Assembly: GCA_963845185.1 (NCBI GenBank)
Contig: CAWJRG010000006.1
Coordinates: forward strand, 1-64,000
Direction: 5' to 3'
DNA: 64,000 nucleotides
Source: an uncultured bacterium
GTDB taxonomy: Bacteria; Oederibacteriota; PGYV01; CAWJRG01
Position 1 is the stretch's first letter, and the number at the start of each line of letters is the position of its first letter. The notes under the pieces were generated by a model. It saw nothing but the letters and a program-made list of their open reading frames with translations. It was not told where the DNA came from and did not search any database. Position numbers and translations under genes: made by a program. Positions 27,955-37,392 of the stretch are shown one piece after another.

Positions 27955-28138
27955 AATGATAAATAAAACAAAAAGTTTTCAATTAGTCTTATTAATTACT
28001 GTGATAATTCAACATTATTTGGACACCAACCTGTCTGAAATTGCTTGACATTTTATCCAAAAACAAGATCTTATCATAATTGTTTTTGGACGTCTGTAGA
28101 CGACAACCCCTGAAATCTATTTCAGGAGGTAACATACC

Positions 28139-29476
28139 ATGTTTTACCGCAAAAGGCAATACCGTTCCAGAAAGCCCGCCAGGAAACAGCACTTCACAAG
28201 GTCAAAGTCCTACCGGAAGGAAGAAAAGCTAAAACTCATCAAAGAATTTGAAGCTCTCAAAGCGCCCATGGCGATGTTTTGCAAGTGGTATGGAGTAGGT
28301 ACGCCGACTTTTAAACGCTGGCAGGAAAACTATTTCAAATACGGCGAGCAGGGACTGGAAACCCGCAAGGCAGGCAGGATACCGAAAGAAATTTCTGATG
28401 CAGTAAAAACAGAAATAATCAAAATTAAGATAGAAAATCCGGGACTCGGCATGAAAAAAATTTCAGACTGGCTTGCGCGAAACAGGTTTGTTCGAGTGGG
28501 TCCAAAGGCGATAAGACAGGTACTTTCCGGGAACCAGCAGACCGCGCCGCTACTGGAACAGGCAAAGTTAAGACAAGGGAACAGCGGCAAAGAACCGCAC
28601 AGGTTTGAGAGGAGTAAACCCGGCGAGATGTACCAGATGGATATAATGACTTTTATGCTGCAGGGATTATACAGAGTTTATGTTATTGCATGCCTTGACG
28701 ATTACTCCCGTTTTGTGGTTTCAATCGGCTTGTTCCGCAGGCAGACAACGGATAGGTGCATGGATGTTTTAAGGGGCGCAATTGAACGGTACGGAATGCC
28801 AAAAGAGGTTTTGACTGATAACGGCAGGCAGTTTTATACGTGGCGGGGCAGGAGCCAGTTCCAAAAGTACCTGGTGAAATGCGGAATTGAGCATTTTAGG
28901 AGCAGGCCGTACCATCCTCAGACCCTTGGGAAAATTGAATCTCTCTGGCGCAATATGTATCAGGAACTCCTCGGCAGGGAACCTTTCAACAGCTTTGAGG
29001 CAGCGGAAGAAGGCATTAAAAAATGGACAGAATGGTATAATTTTAAGAGGCCTCATCAGGGCATAGGCGGGCTCGTTCCTGCTGACCGTTTTTTCGGGGT
29101 CGACAAATCAATGCGGGAAGTCATGGAAAAAGGCACGGGAATGGTAAAGGATGCCTTAATAGTTGACCCGAGGCGGATTAAGGAGCCGGTATACCTGATA
29201 GGTAAAATCGACGGAAAAGAAATAAGAATAATAGCAAAAGAAGGCAGCGTAACACTGGAAGGGCTTGATGAAGTGAAAGAAAACACCCTGCAGGAGGCAA
29301 AAAAAGATGGAATCGAAGCAAAAAGCAATGAAGCAATTCGACAGGTTGCACAGGAACCTGAGGGCGAAAAGAAAACTGGAGGAACTGATGCTGATAATAG
29401 CAGGAAGGAAAAAGGTGAAACAGGTGGTGAAGGAAATGAAAGTTACGAGGGCGGCTGTGTGGGAGTGGAAAAATAA
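28139..29476 (+). CDS. IS481-like DDE transposase (HTH + rve integrase core)
   Basis: DDE triad in YQMDIM, LTDNGRQF and GKIESLW; YNFKRPHQGI. Confidence 0.9.
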   Translation: MFYRKRQYRSRKPARKQHFTRSKSYRKEEKLKLIKEFEALKAPMAMFCKWYGVGTPTFKRWQENYFKYGEQGLETRKAGRIPKEISDAVKTEIIKIKIENPGLGMKKISDWLARNRFVRVGPKAIRQVLSGNQQTAPLLEQAKLRQGNSGKEPHRFERSKPGEMYQMDIMTFMLQGLYRVYVIACLDDYSRFVVSIGLFRRQTTDRCMDVLRGAIERYGMPKEVLTDNGRQFYTWRGRSQFQKYLVKCGIEHFRSRPYHPQTLGKIESLWRNMYQELLGREPFNSFEAAEEGIKKWTEWYNFKRPHQGIGGLVPADRFFGVDKSMREVMEKGTGMVKDALIVDPRRIKEPVYLIGKIDGKEIRIIAKEGSVTLEGLDEVKENTLQEAKKDGIEAKSNEAIRQVAQEPEGEKKTGGTDADNSRKEKGETGGEGNESYEGGCVGVEK

Positions 29477-29783
29477 GATGAGGAAAGGGGCTCTCCGCGC
29501 GCTGTCTCCGGCGGGACGGGGAAGGAAAGAAAAGGATTTTGTGTGCGCGGAAAGGGTATACGACGAGCTGCATGCGACAAGAAGCAAGCTTAAAAGAGCT
29601 TTGAAAAAAAACGCACGGCTGGAAAAAGAAAAAGCCTTTACGCAGGGAAATTTGCGGGTTGCGCGCAGCGCGCTCGCGTTTTACGGCAAAGAGGCCGGGG
29701 ATATAAAAAAAAATTCACGCGCCTCGCGTATATTAAAAAAACTGTTCTCGACAACGCCGAAAAGGCCGCTCAAAGAGGCATGA
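29307..29783 (+). CDS. HTH + coiled-coil protein (IS3 OrfA-like)
   Basis: HTH-like VKQVVKEMKVTRAAVWEWKNK followed by a heptad-like helix; A9 run at 29705-29713. Confidence 0.65.
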   Translation: MESKQKAMKQFDRLHRNLRAKRKLEELMLIIAGRKKVKQVVKEMKVTRAAVWEWKNKMRKGALRALSPAGRGRKEKDFVCAERVYDELHATRSKLKRALKKNARLEKEKAFTQGNLRVARSALAFYGKEAGDIKKNSRASRILKKLFSTTPKRPLKEA

Positions 29784-30922
29784 AAGCGGTTGATTTTTGC
29801 AGGGAATCATGCGTATCGAGGAGCTCGCTATATGACTGGAAAAAGAGGGCAGGCGCAGGCGCGCTTGAAAATAAAATTCCGGGCGCTAAAAAGTCCCGGT
29901 ATATCGTGGACAGGTACGCTGAAAGGGATGTCTTAAGGTTCGCGGATAAATACCCGGGAATCACGTCCTATTATGAGCTCGGCAAGGCCGCGGAAATATC
30001 GGAGAGCAGCGCCGGCAGGATAATGAAAAAACGCGGGCCATTAAAGGATGTAAAGAAGGAAAGCGGCAGAAAACCGCTTCACGTGCAGTGGCGCAGGCTC
30101 CACGCCTGCTGGGCTATTGATACGCTGTCGTTTAAAACAACAGCCGGTATGGCTTACCTGCAGATGATTGTGGAGGAATATTCAAGGGCTGTAATTGCGT
30201 GGAGGCTTCAGCGCAGAAAAACCGCCTCAGATACTGCGGAATTTATCAGCCGGACAATTGAACTCATGGATGCCGCGCCGCTGGCGCTGAAATTCGACAG
30301 GGGAAGTGAGTTTAATAATGATGAAGTTTCGGCGCTGCTTGGAGAAAAGAATATCCTGCCGCTGCCGAGCCCTAGGCAGTACCCTGCTTTTAACGGCAAG
30401 GTAGAGAGGGGGAATAGGATAATTAAAAAGTACCTGAAGCATAAAGGCAGGCTGAATTTTTGGACAGTCCGAAGGGCAATAGGAAGGGTGGTTTTTTACA
30501 TGAACAAAGTAATGCATAGAAGGATGTTCGGCGGAAGGACGAGCGAAGAAGCGTTTGCCAATGGCGTAGTTTACAGGAGGAAAGACAGGCCCCGCCTTGC
30601 CGGAAAAGTAAAGAGGGAAATTTCAAAGATAATAGCAAGGGATAAATCCAGAAAAGATATGCTGGACATTACGAGAAAAGCAGTGGTAAAGTCTGTAATT
30701 AATTATGGACTTGTCCTTGTTAATCACTGGGATACGCCGATTGAGTTTTGCAGATACAGGTGGAAGGACATATTAAAAAAATACAGGAAGACTGTGGAAG
30801 CGAGCAAAGAACCGGAAGTAATTAACCCGGATTTTGACCCTATCGCGGAAATGAAAGCAAAGCTTAAGCATAATACAAAAAGGGAATTGATGGCTAAAAT
30901 TGGCAGAAGAAACCGGAATTAA
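29780..30922 (+). CDS. Second DDE integrase-core protein (OrfB-like)
   Basis: WAIDT, KFDRGSEF and NGKVERGN; N-terminal HTH VSRSSLYDWK. Confidence 0.85.
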   Translation: MKAVDFCRESCVSRSSLYDWKKRAGAGALENKIPGAKKSRYIVDRYAERDVLRFADKYPGITSYYELGKAAEISESSAGRIMKKRGPLKDVKKESGRKPLHVQWRRLHACWAIDTLSFKTTAGMAYLQMIVEEYSRAVIAWRLQRRKTASDTAEFISRTIELMDAAPLALKFDRGSEFNNDEVSALLGEKNILPLPSPRQYPAFNGKVERGNRIIKKYLKHKGRLNFWTVRRAIGRVVFYMNKVMHRRMFGGRTSEEAFANGVVYRRKDRPRLAGKVKREISKIIARDKSRKDMLDITRKAVVKSVINYGLVLVNHWDTPIEFCRYRWKDILKKYRKTVEASKEPEVINPDFDPIAEMKAKLKHNTKRELMAKIGRRNRN

Positions 30923-30994
30923 GCCCTGAAGGCAGGGGTTCCACACTAATGAGTATTGAATTTATTGCTTCGGATAGGCCGGATAGAGGGAAAA

Positions 30995-32482
30995 TCAGTA
31001 AAGCAGTTGGCAGTGCGGCCCGCCGGCGCCCCAGGTATAAGAAGGTATGGGGATAACTTCGTACCCGTATTTTTTGAATATTTTTTCCTGCGTATCGTAA
31101 ATCGGGTTTGGCAAAGCAGCCACCTTATCCATGGTATCAAAAACATACTGCAGGGTGTCTGCCAGCCTTTGATAAGTAGCCGGGCCAGGCAGGTTCTGCC
31201 ATTCGGAAAAATTGGTTCTCAACCAGTCAAGCGCGTTTAGAACCTGCTGTTGCGGCGTGTCAGGGCTGTCTATTGGAAGGAAATAAGGATACTTGGGAAG
31301 GAGCACGGTAATTTTGCCGGTATTCTTGTCGCGAAATCTGACTATATTTACAGGGTTTCTTACGGGGTGGTCTGAAAAGGGGAGCCGGATAACTTCATAA
31401 CCGAGGTTTTTAAATTCACCGGATGCTTCGTCATATTCTTTCTGCACACGGCTTATGAAGTTTTTATCAAAAGAATTTTTCAGCAATGAATCATAGTGCT
31501 GTTTCATCTTCATGTATGTAGGTATAAAAACCCTCGGGCTGCCAATGCCAGGATTTGGCAGCACACAGGCAAGCATATCAAGATGAAAAACTTCGTCACT
31601 ACCGCTGCCAGGTATAGGTGTAAGCAGCAGTTTTTCAGGAACGAATAAGACTTTGATTCCAAAAACAGAATCTGAGAAAGCTTTTCTTACAGTCTCGATT
31701 AATGAGGGAGCCAGGGAATTTTGTTCAAAAGACTGCTGGCCCATGTTTCTGTTAAGAAATTGTATAACGCGATGCCTGCCGGCGAGAAGTGCCACTTTGT
31801 TGTCGGGTGTCCATATAATGTCTTCATCACCGCCTTCGGCGCTTACATCTGTGCCGAAATTCCACAGCGTAAAGGTCTGCGGGAAAGCTTTTACCAATCT
31901 TTTTACGGTTAAAACATAACCGGGAATGGTGTCACCCTCACTATAACCGAGAATTATGCGGTGATTACTGTCAATACCGATAATCTTGCATATATCCTGC
32001 GGCCACTCAAGCACATTGGCGGAATAGAAAAAATAAAGCCTTTTTTTCACATCATCATCAGTGAAATTACAATGGGCTTTAAGATAGCTTATGAAATATT
32101 CTTTCTCATGCCCCTCTGATTCAGGAACATATTGTTTATCGGGAAGGGCGGCGTATATACGGGTATATTTAGGCAGGTTTTTCAACAAGTCACCATGCGA
32201 GAGTTCAAAATTAAGCCAATAAAATTTTTCGGCAATTTTTTTCTTTTGCTCGCCGGTGGCAGCTGAGGGCCATTTAAGTTCTGGGAGGTAAAAGTATTGT
32301 TTTTCATCCGGCCATAATCCAACTACAACAAAATCCATTTGCCTTTCTGATTCAGGCACAAGTAAGGCGCCTTTATCTTTTATAAACATGCCTTTGGGCG
32401 TGTCTTGGCAATGTAATAAGGCATATATTGAAAAAAATATAGTTAAAATCATCAAAAAAATTTTTGTTAAATATTTAATCAT
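30995..32482 (-). CDS. Secreted pentein-superfamily (amidinotransferase/arginine or agmatine deiminase-like) protein
   Basis: Motifs WPQD, EGGD, HLD and C-terminal GAGGPHC in canonical order; N-terminal signal after a GGAG RBS (ATG at 32482). Confidence 0.65.
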   Translation of the reverse strand: MIKYLTKIFLMILTIFFSIYALLHCQDTPKGMFIKDKGALLVPESERQMDFVVVGLWPDEKQYFYLPELKWPSAATGEQKKKIAEKFYWLNFELSHGDLLKNLPKYTRIYAALPDKQYVPESEGHEKEYFISYLKAHCNFTDDDVKKRLYFFYSANVLEWPQDICKIIGIDSNHRIILGYSEGDTIPGYVLTVKRLVKAFPQTFTLWNFGTDVSAEGGDEDIIWTPDNKVALLAGRHRVIQFLNRNMGQQSFEQNSLAPSLIETVRKAFSDSVFGIKVLFVPEKLLLTPIPGSGSDEVFHLDMLACVLPNPGIGSPRVFIPTYMKMKQHYDSLLKNSFDKNFISRVQKEYDEASGEFKNLGYEVIRLPFSDHPVRNPVNIVRFRDKNTGKITVLLPKYPYFLPIDSPDTPQQQVLNALDWLRTNFSEWQNLPGPATYQRLADTLQYVFDTMDKVAALPNPIYDTQEKIFKKYGYEVIPIPSYTWGAGGPHCQLLY

Positions 32483-32878
32483 TGCAAACAGCTCCAGTAG
32501 TGATTTTTTGCAAAATTGCACAAATATCGAGTTTGAATGATAACAAACGAAAACGCCTTAAGTCAAGGTATTATTTGACAAATATTTTTGGGAAAAGTTT
32601 CGTTGATTTATAAATAAAAAATTCCCGATTTTTGTCCCAAAAAACAAACAGCGACAGCTTTAAAGTATTAAAAAAGAAAAATCAATTTTGCGGAAACAAT
32701 AAAAGGATAAAATGATTGACATTTCCTATTTTTGATATATATTTGTCCAAAATAAATCCGTATAGCAATTGCAACGGATATTTCTTTTGGCACAGGAGTG
32801 CCTGATATTTGCTGAAAAATTCAAATTGAAAGTTATATTTTAAAAGGATGCTGAAATATTATTGAGGAGAAAAATTTT

Positions 32879-35125
32879 ATGAAGAAAGAAAATCTGATAA
32901 ACCCGGAAATTTCTGAAAATGCCTTAACCGTGCTTAAGAGAAGGTATTTTATAAAAAACGACAAAGGCGATCCGATAGAGGATGCGAAAGATTTATTCTG
33001 GCGCGTCGCGAATAATATTGCGCAGGCAGACGCGATTTATGACAAAAAGGCAGATATAGAAAAACAGGCTCTGGAATTCTATGATGTAATGGCAGGCCTT
33101 GATTTCCTGCCGAACTCACCGACACTCATGAACGCCGGCAGGGATCTGCAGCAGCTTGCGGCTTGTTTTGTTTTGCCCATAGAGGATTCAATAGAAGAGA
33201 TATTCGAAGCGGTAAAATATGCTGCACTTATCCATAAAAGCGGCGGGGGAACCGGATTTTCTTTTTCACGTTTAAGGCCTAACAGGGACAAAGTCAAGAC
33301 AACAAATGGAATATCTTCGGGGCCGGTTTCTTTTCTGAAGGTTTTTAATGCGGCAACCGAAGCAATAAAGCAGGGCGGCACAAGGCGAGGCGCCAACATG
33401 GGCATACTCAGGGTAGACCATCCGGATATAAAGGAGTTTATAACATCAAAAGCCGATAACAAGGAAATAAACAATTTTAACATATCTGTTGCTTTGACCG
33501 AAGATTTCATGCAGACGCTGCGCAATGGCAAAAAATACAGGCTTATAAACCCACGAAACGGCGAAACAGTGGCGGAAGAGGATGCCGAAGAGATTTTCAA
33601 CATGATTATTGAATACGCATGGAAAAACGGAGAGCCTGGAATAGTTTTTATAGACAGAATAAACAAAGAAAACCCCACTCCAAATGCAGGTGAAATTGAA
33701 GCGACCAACCCGTGCGGAGAACAGCCGTTGCTCGCCTATGAAGCCTGTAACCTCGGCTCAATCAATCTCGCCCATATGGTCACACCTGACAAAAAAATAA
33801 ATTATGACAAACTTTCAAAAACAGCGGCAATAGCAACTCGTTTCCTTGACAACGTCATTGATATGAGCAAATATCCCATGGAAAAGATAACCAATATGGT
33901 AAGAGCGAACAGGAAAGTAGGAGTTGGCGTTATGGGATGGGCAGACATGTTAATACAGCTTGAAATTCCCTATGACTCTCAAGAAGCAATAAGGACAGGT
34001 GAAGAAGTAATGGCATTTATTCACAAGGAAGCTGAAAATGCTTCACTGGCAATTGCCAGACAGCGCAGTGTTTTTCCCAACTATAAAGGCTCCATTTATG
34101 ATAAAAAGAATCTTAAATTAAGGAATTCAACCCTGACCACTGTAGCGCCAACAGGAACTTTAAGCATAATAGCGGGGTGTTCCTCCGGAATAGAGCCGAT
34201 TTTTGCGGTTGCATATACAAAAAATGTAATGGATAACGACAAGCTGCCTGAAATTAACAATTATTTTCTTCAAACAGCAAGGCAAAGAGGTTTTTACAGC
34301 GATGAACTTATTAAGGAAATAAGCAAGACGGGGCATGTAACAGGAATTAAGGAAATACCGGACGATATAAAAAAGGTTTTTGTGACAGCCCACGATATAA
34401 AGCCGGAGTGGCATATTAAAATGCAGGCAGCCTTCCAGAAATCCACGGACAACGCCGTATCAAAAACCGTTAACTTCAGTAATAGCGCAACACAGGAAGA
34501 CGTAAGAAAAGTTTATTTACTTGCCTACGAGCTTGGGTGCAAGGGCGTTACAATATACAGGGACGGCTCAAGGGAAGAGCAGGTATTGACAACATCGTTG
34601 TCCAGTAAAGAGCCGGCGAACATGCCGGTGTCAATGCAGTATCTCCATGAAATAGAGCCAAGGAAGAGGCCTGAAACAACCATAGGAAAGACAATAAAAA
34701 TGAGGACAGGATGCGGAAATCTTTATGTGACAATAAACGAAGATGAAAACGGGCTTTGCGAAGTATTTACAGCCATGGGCAAGTCCGGAGGCTGCGCGGC
34801 AGCACAGTCAGAAGCAATAAGCAGGCTTGTTTCGGTGGCCTTAAGGGCAGGCGTAAAACCTGACGTATTAATAAAGCATTTGCGCGGCATAAGATGCCCG
34901 GCACCAGCATGGCAAGAGGGCGGTATGGTACTGTCGTGCCCGGATGCAATAGGAATAGCGCTTGAAAAATACATACATGAAAAAAAGGAGGGTAACGAGA
35001 AATTTATATTCAAACTTGTTGAAAAAGGAGCGGCAGGTGAAACATGCCCGGAATGCGGGGCTCATCTGGAACATGAGGGTGGATGCAATATATGTAAAAT
35101 TTGTGGATATTCCAAATGCCTGTGA
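32879..35125 (+). CDS. nrdJ: Adenosylcobalamin-dependent (class II) ribonucleotide reductase with a C-terminal TSCPD/Zn-ribbon region
   Basis: Motifs PNSPTLMNAG, ACFVL, TNPCGEQPL, EACNLGS, APTGT, GCKGVTIYRDGSR, SCPDAI and CPEC...CKICGYSKC. Confidence 0.95.
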   Translation: MKKENLINPEISENALTVLKRRYFIKNDKGDPIEDAKDLFWRVANNIAQADAIYDKKADIEKQALEFYDVMAGLDFLPNSPTLMNAGRDLQQLAACFVLPIEDSIEEIFEAVKYAALIHKSGGGTGFSFSRLRPNRDKVKTTNGISSGPVSFLKVFNAATEAIKQGGTRRGANMGILRVDHPDIKEFITSKADNKEINNFNISVALTEDFMQTLRNGKKYRLINPRNGETVAEEDAEEIFNMIIEYAWKNGEPGIVFIDRINKENPTPNAGEIEATNPCGEQPLLAYEACNLGSINLAHMVTPDKKINYDKLSKTAAIATRFLDNVIDMSKYPMEKITNMVRANRKVGVGVMGWADMLIQLEIPYDSQEAIRTGEEVMAFIHKEAENASLAIARQRSVFPNYKGSIYDKKNLKLRNSTLTTVAPTGTLSIIAGCSSGIEPIFAVAYTKNVMDNDKLPEINNYFLQTARQRGFYSDELIKEISKTGHVTGIKEIPDDIKKVFVTAHDIKPEWHIKMQAAFQKSTDNAVSKTVNFSNSATQEDVRKVYLLAYELGCKGVTIYRDGSREEQVLTTSLSSKEPANMPVSMQYLHEIEPRKRPETTIGKTIKMRTGCGNLYVTINEDENGLCEVFTAMGKSGGCAAAQSEAISRLVSVALRAGVKPDVLIKHLRGIRCPAPAWQEGGMVLSCPDAIGIALEKYIHEKKEGNEKFIFKLVEKGAAGETCPECGAHLEHEGGCNICKICGYSKCL

Positions 35126-35201
35126 TATAATATACTATATACATTGCCAAGCAAGAGTGGGCAAAGTAAAATTTTTAACCGTCAAATGAGGGAGGCAAAA
35201 A

Positions 35202-35648
35202 ATGAGTCTTGAAAGGGAAAAGGGGGAACTTTTGGTTCCCGGTTCGGAAAAGAGGGAATATCCCCGCTTGGCAATGCGCGTAAAAGTCAGGTACAGAATT
35301 CTTGACGGGGAAACGGCTCAAAAGGCGCTTACAAAAAATTTTGAAGCTGAAAAATTACTCGCCGAATACAATACAGGAGAATCTATTGATGTTTCCAAAA
35401 CAGGGCTGCTTATGTTTACGGAAAAAGAAATCCCTCTGAAAAGTTACCTGGCAATCAATATGTATATTTCAATACCAGGCATAGCATGCGCATGCAGGGC
35501 GCTGGCTGAGGTAGTAAGACGGGAACGGGATGGGGATAATTTCAAGGTGGCGCTAAAGTTTTTGAAAGTCATGCATCACAACCTTAAAAACTATAAATTC
35601 GCAGCTTTACAGACACTGTTGGATATAAAAGAACCAGGGATAGAGTAA
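35202..35648 (+). CDS. PilZ domain protein
   Basis: RxxxR (REYPR) and DxSxxG (DVSKTG). Confidence 0.85.
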   Translation: MSLEREKGELLVPGSEKREYPRLAMRVKVRYRILDGETAQKALTKNFEAEKLLAEYNTGESIDVSKTGLLMFTEKEIPLKSYLAINMYISIPGIACACRALAEVVRRERDGDNFKVALKFLKVMHHNLKNYKFAALQTLLDIKEPGIE

Positions 35649-35716
35649 ATTTAAATATTATTTTTCATGTAATATACTTATAATTTAATCCAAAACAAAA
35701 ATGAGGAAAAGAACAC

Positions 35717-36172
35717 ATGGAGAAAGAAAAAAAAGAAGGAGAACTTTTACTGCCTGAAGAGAGAAGGGAATATCCAAGGGTAGCCATGACTATTAAAATT
35801 TTATACAGGATACTCGATGGTTCGGACGAAGATCAGAATTTAATAAAAAATTTTAACGCTGAAACAATATTGACACATTACAAAGAAGGAGAATCAGTAA
35901 ATCTCTCCAAATCGGGCATTCTTATGTTTACAGACGAGGAGATAAAAATAAAGAATTTTGTTTCGACCAGCATGTACATACCACTGCCTGGTTTTTCCTG
36001 CAATGTAAGAGCACTGGCTGAAGTTGTTAGATGCGACAAGGATGAAAAAAAAGGAAAATATCTTGTTGCCCTGAAGTTCTTAAAATTGCTGCATCACAAC
36101 CTGAACAAGTTTAAGTATGTTTCGTTAAAGGATATACTTGCTATTGACGGAGAGAATATTAAAATAGACTGA
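35717..36172 (+). CDS. PilZ domain protein
   Basis: REYPR and NLSKSG. Confidence 0.85.
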   Translation: MEKEKKEGELLLPEERREYPRVAMTIKILYRILDGSDEDQNLIKNFNAETILTHYKEGESVNLSKSGILMFTDEEIKIKNFVSTSMYIPLPGFSCNVRALAEVVRCDKDEKKGKYLVALKFLKLLHHNLNKFKYVSLKDILAIDGENIKID

Positions 36173-36197
36173 ATATTTTTTTAGGGAGGGTGCGAAA

Positions 36198-36680
36198 ATG
36201 GCAGATGAACAAAAGGGTGAAGAAAAAGAGGCAAAAAGCGCTGAATTAATAATTTCAGGCGAGCGCAGGATATATCCCCGAATTGCTCTTACTGTCCCAG
36301 TTAAATACAGTATAGTAAAGGAAGCGGAACCTGCCGAAGCTGAGCAGGATGAACTGCTGCAAAAAGGTTTGGATAATATTTATTCAGACAAATACGCTGC
36401 AACGCAAACAGTAAATATAAGTACAGGCGGATTACTTATAACAACGGATGATTTAATCAAACCTAAAACGACATTGCACCTTACCATGTATATACCCCTT
36501 CCAGGGATAGCATGCAACTGTTCAATACTTGGGGAAGTAGTAAGGTGTGAAAAAACAGAAAAGGGCTATAATACAGGCATAAAATTTATCAAGATTATCC
36601 ATCATAACCTTAACAAGTATAAATATGCCACATTAAAGGATATTTTAAAAATAGATGGACCGAAATTCAGGATGGATTAA
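36198..36680 (+). CDS. PilZ domain protein
   Basis: RIYPR and NISTGG. Confidence 0.85.
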   Translation: MADEQKGEEKEAKSAELIISGERRIYPRIALTVPVKYSIVKEAEPAEAEQDELLQKGLDNIYSDKYAATQTVNISTGGLLITTDDLIKPKTTLHLTMYIPLPGIACNCSILGEVVRCEKTEKGYNTGIKFIKIIHHNLNKYKYATLKDILKIDGPKFRMD

Positions 36681-37001
36681 TAATTCATCTTTTAAATGCT
36701 TTTTTGGGGGGGGGGGGCAATAAAACCTTTTAAATCAGCCTATTTTAAGCATTTGTTAAGTTTAATGCTAGATTTTATCATCAGTATAAATAAAGGTTTT
36801 GTATTGAAGATTTTCTGGCAGCGGCTACAAGGGTTTAATAAGAAAAAAGCAAAAGCATGCGAAAAAAAGGGATTAAAATGGAAAATGGCTGTAAAACAAT
36901 TAGGAAAAATTAATTTATACTACTTTAATGCAGACAATGCCTCAGGTGTTTTTAATATTGACAAAATATCTGAAAGTAGTATATACTATTAAATATATAT
37001 A

Positions 37002-37358
37002 ATGAAAATGAGAAATATGTGCGAAATATTACTTTTTAAGGAGGAGCTTGATATGGGCATGACGCAGCCAGAAGCAATCGCAGAGAGGTTAAGAGCTGAA
37101 GCAAAAAGACTTTATCCTGGGGTATTGGTAAGAGTTTCACTAGAAGCATTTCCCAATGATGACGGAGCGGATATATATATTTATGCTCCAAGAAAATATT
37201 CTGATATGCTGTTATCAAGATTAAAAACAGCCAGGCAGCAATTTGTAAAAAACACCAAAGTTGACGTAACGAAATTACGTATCATAATGGAAGACGCTGA
37301 AAATATGTCAGCGGAACTAAAACAGAGGTTACTAGCGGAACAGGGAGGAACACAATAG
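37002..37358 (+). CDS. Hypothetical protein; real start may be the ATG at about 37053, after AAGGAGG
   Basis: ORF with an internal RBS and an upstream TTGACA...TATACT promoter-like sequence. Confidence 0.6.
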   Translation: MKMRNMCEILLFKEELDMGMTQPEAIAERLRAEAKRLYPGVLVRVSLEAFPNDDGADIYIYAPRKYSDMLLSRLKTARQQFVKNTKVDVTKLRIIMEDAENMSAELKQRLLAEQGGTQ

Positions 37359-37392
37359 TTTTACAAGTTACAGGAGAAAGGTTGTTGTTAGA

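Larger units (their letters stand above)
28000..30945 (+). mobile_element. Putative composite element: IS481-like transposase plus an IS3-like OrfA/OrfB pair; boundaries uncertain
   Basis: Three overlapping genes, GC-richer than the upstream AT-rich gene. Possible TGT...ACA termini (weak). Confidence 0.5.

Noticed and set aside
32560..32878. Cobalamin riboswitch or NrdR boxes upstream of nrdJ
   Set aside because: No convincing B12 box or paired NrdR consensus; only a weak palindrome at about 32756-32779.
36696..36992. 98-aa ORF spanning the poly-G tract
   Set aside because: No RBS or recognisable motif, and it overlaps the promoter-like sequence of the next gene.
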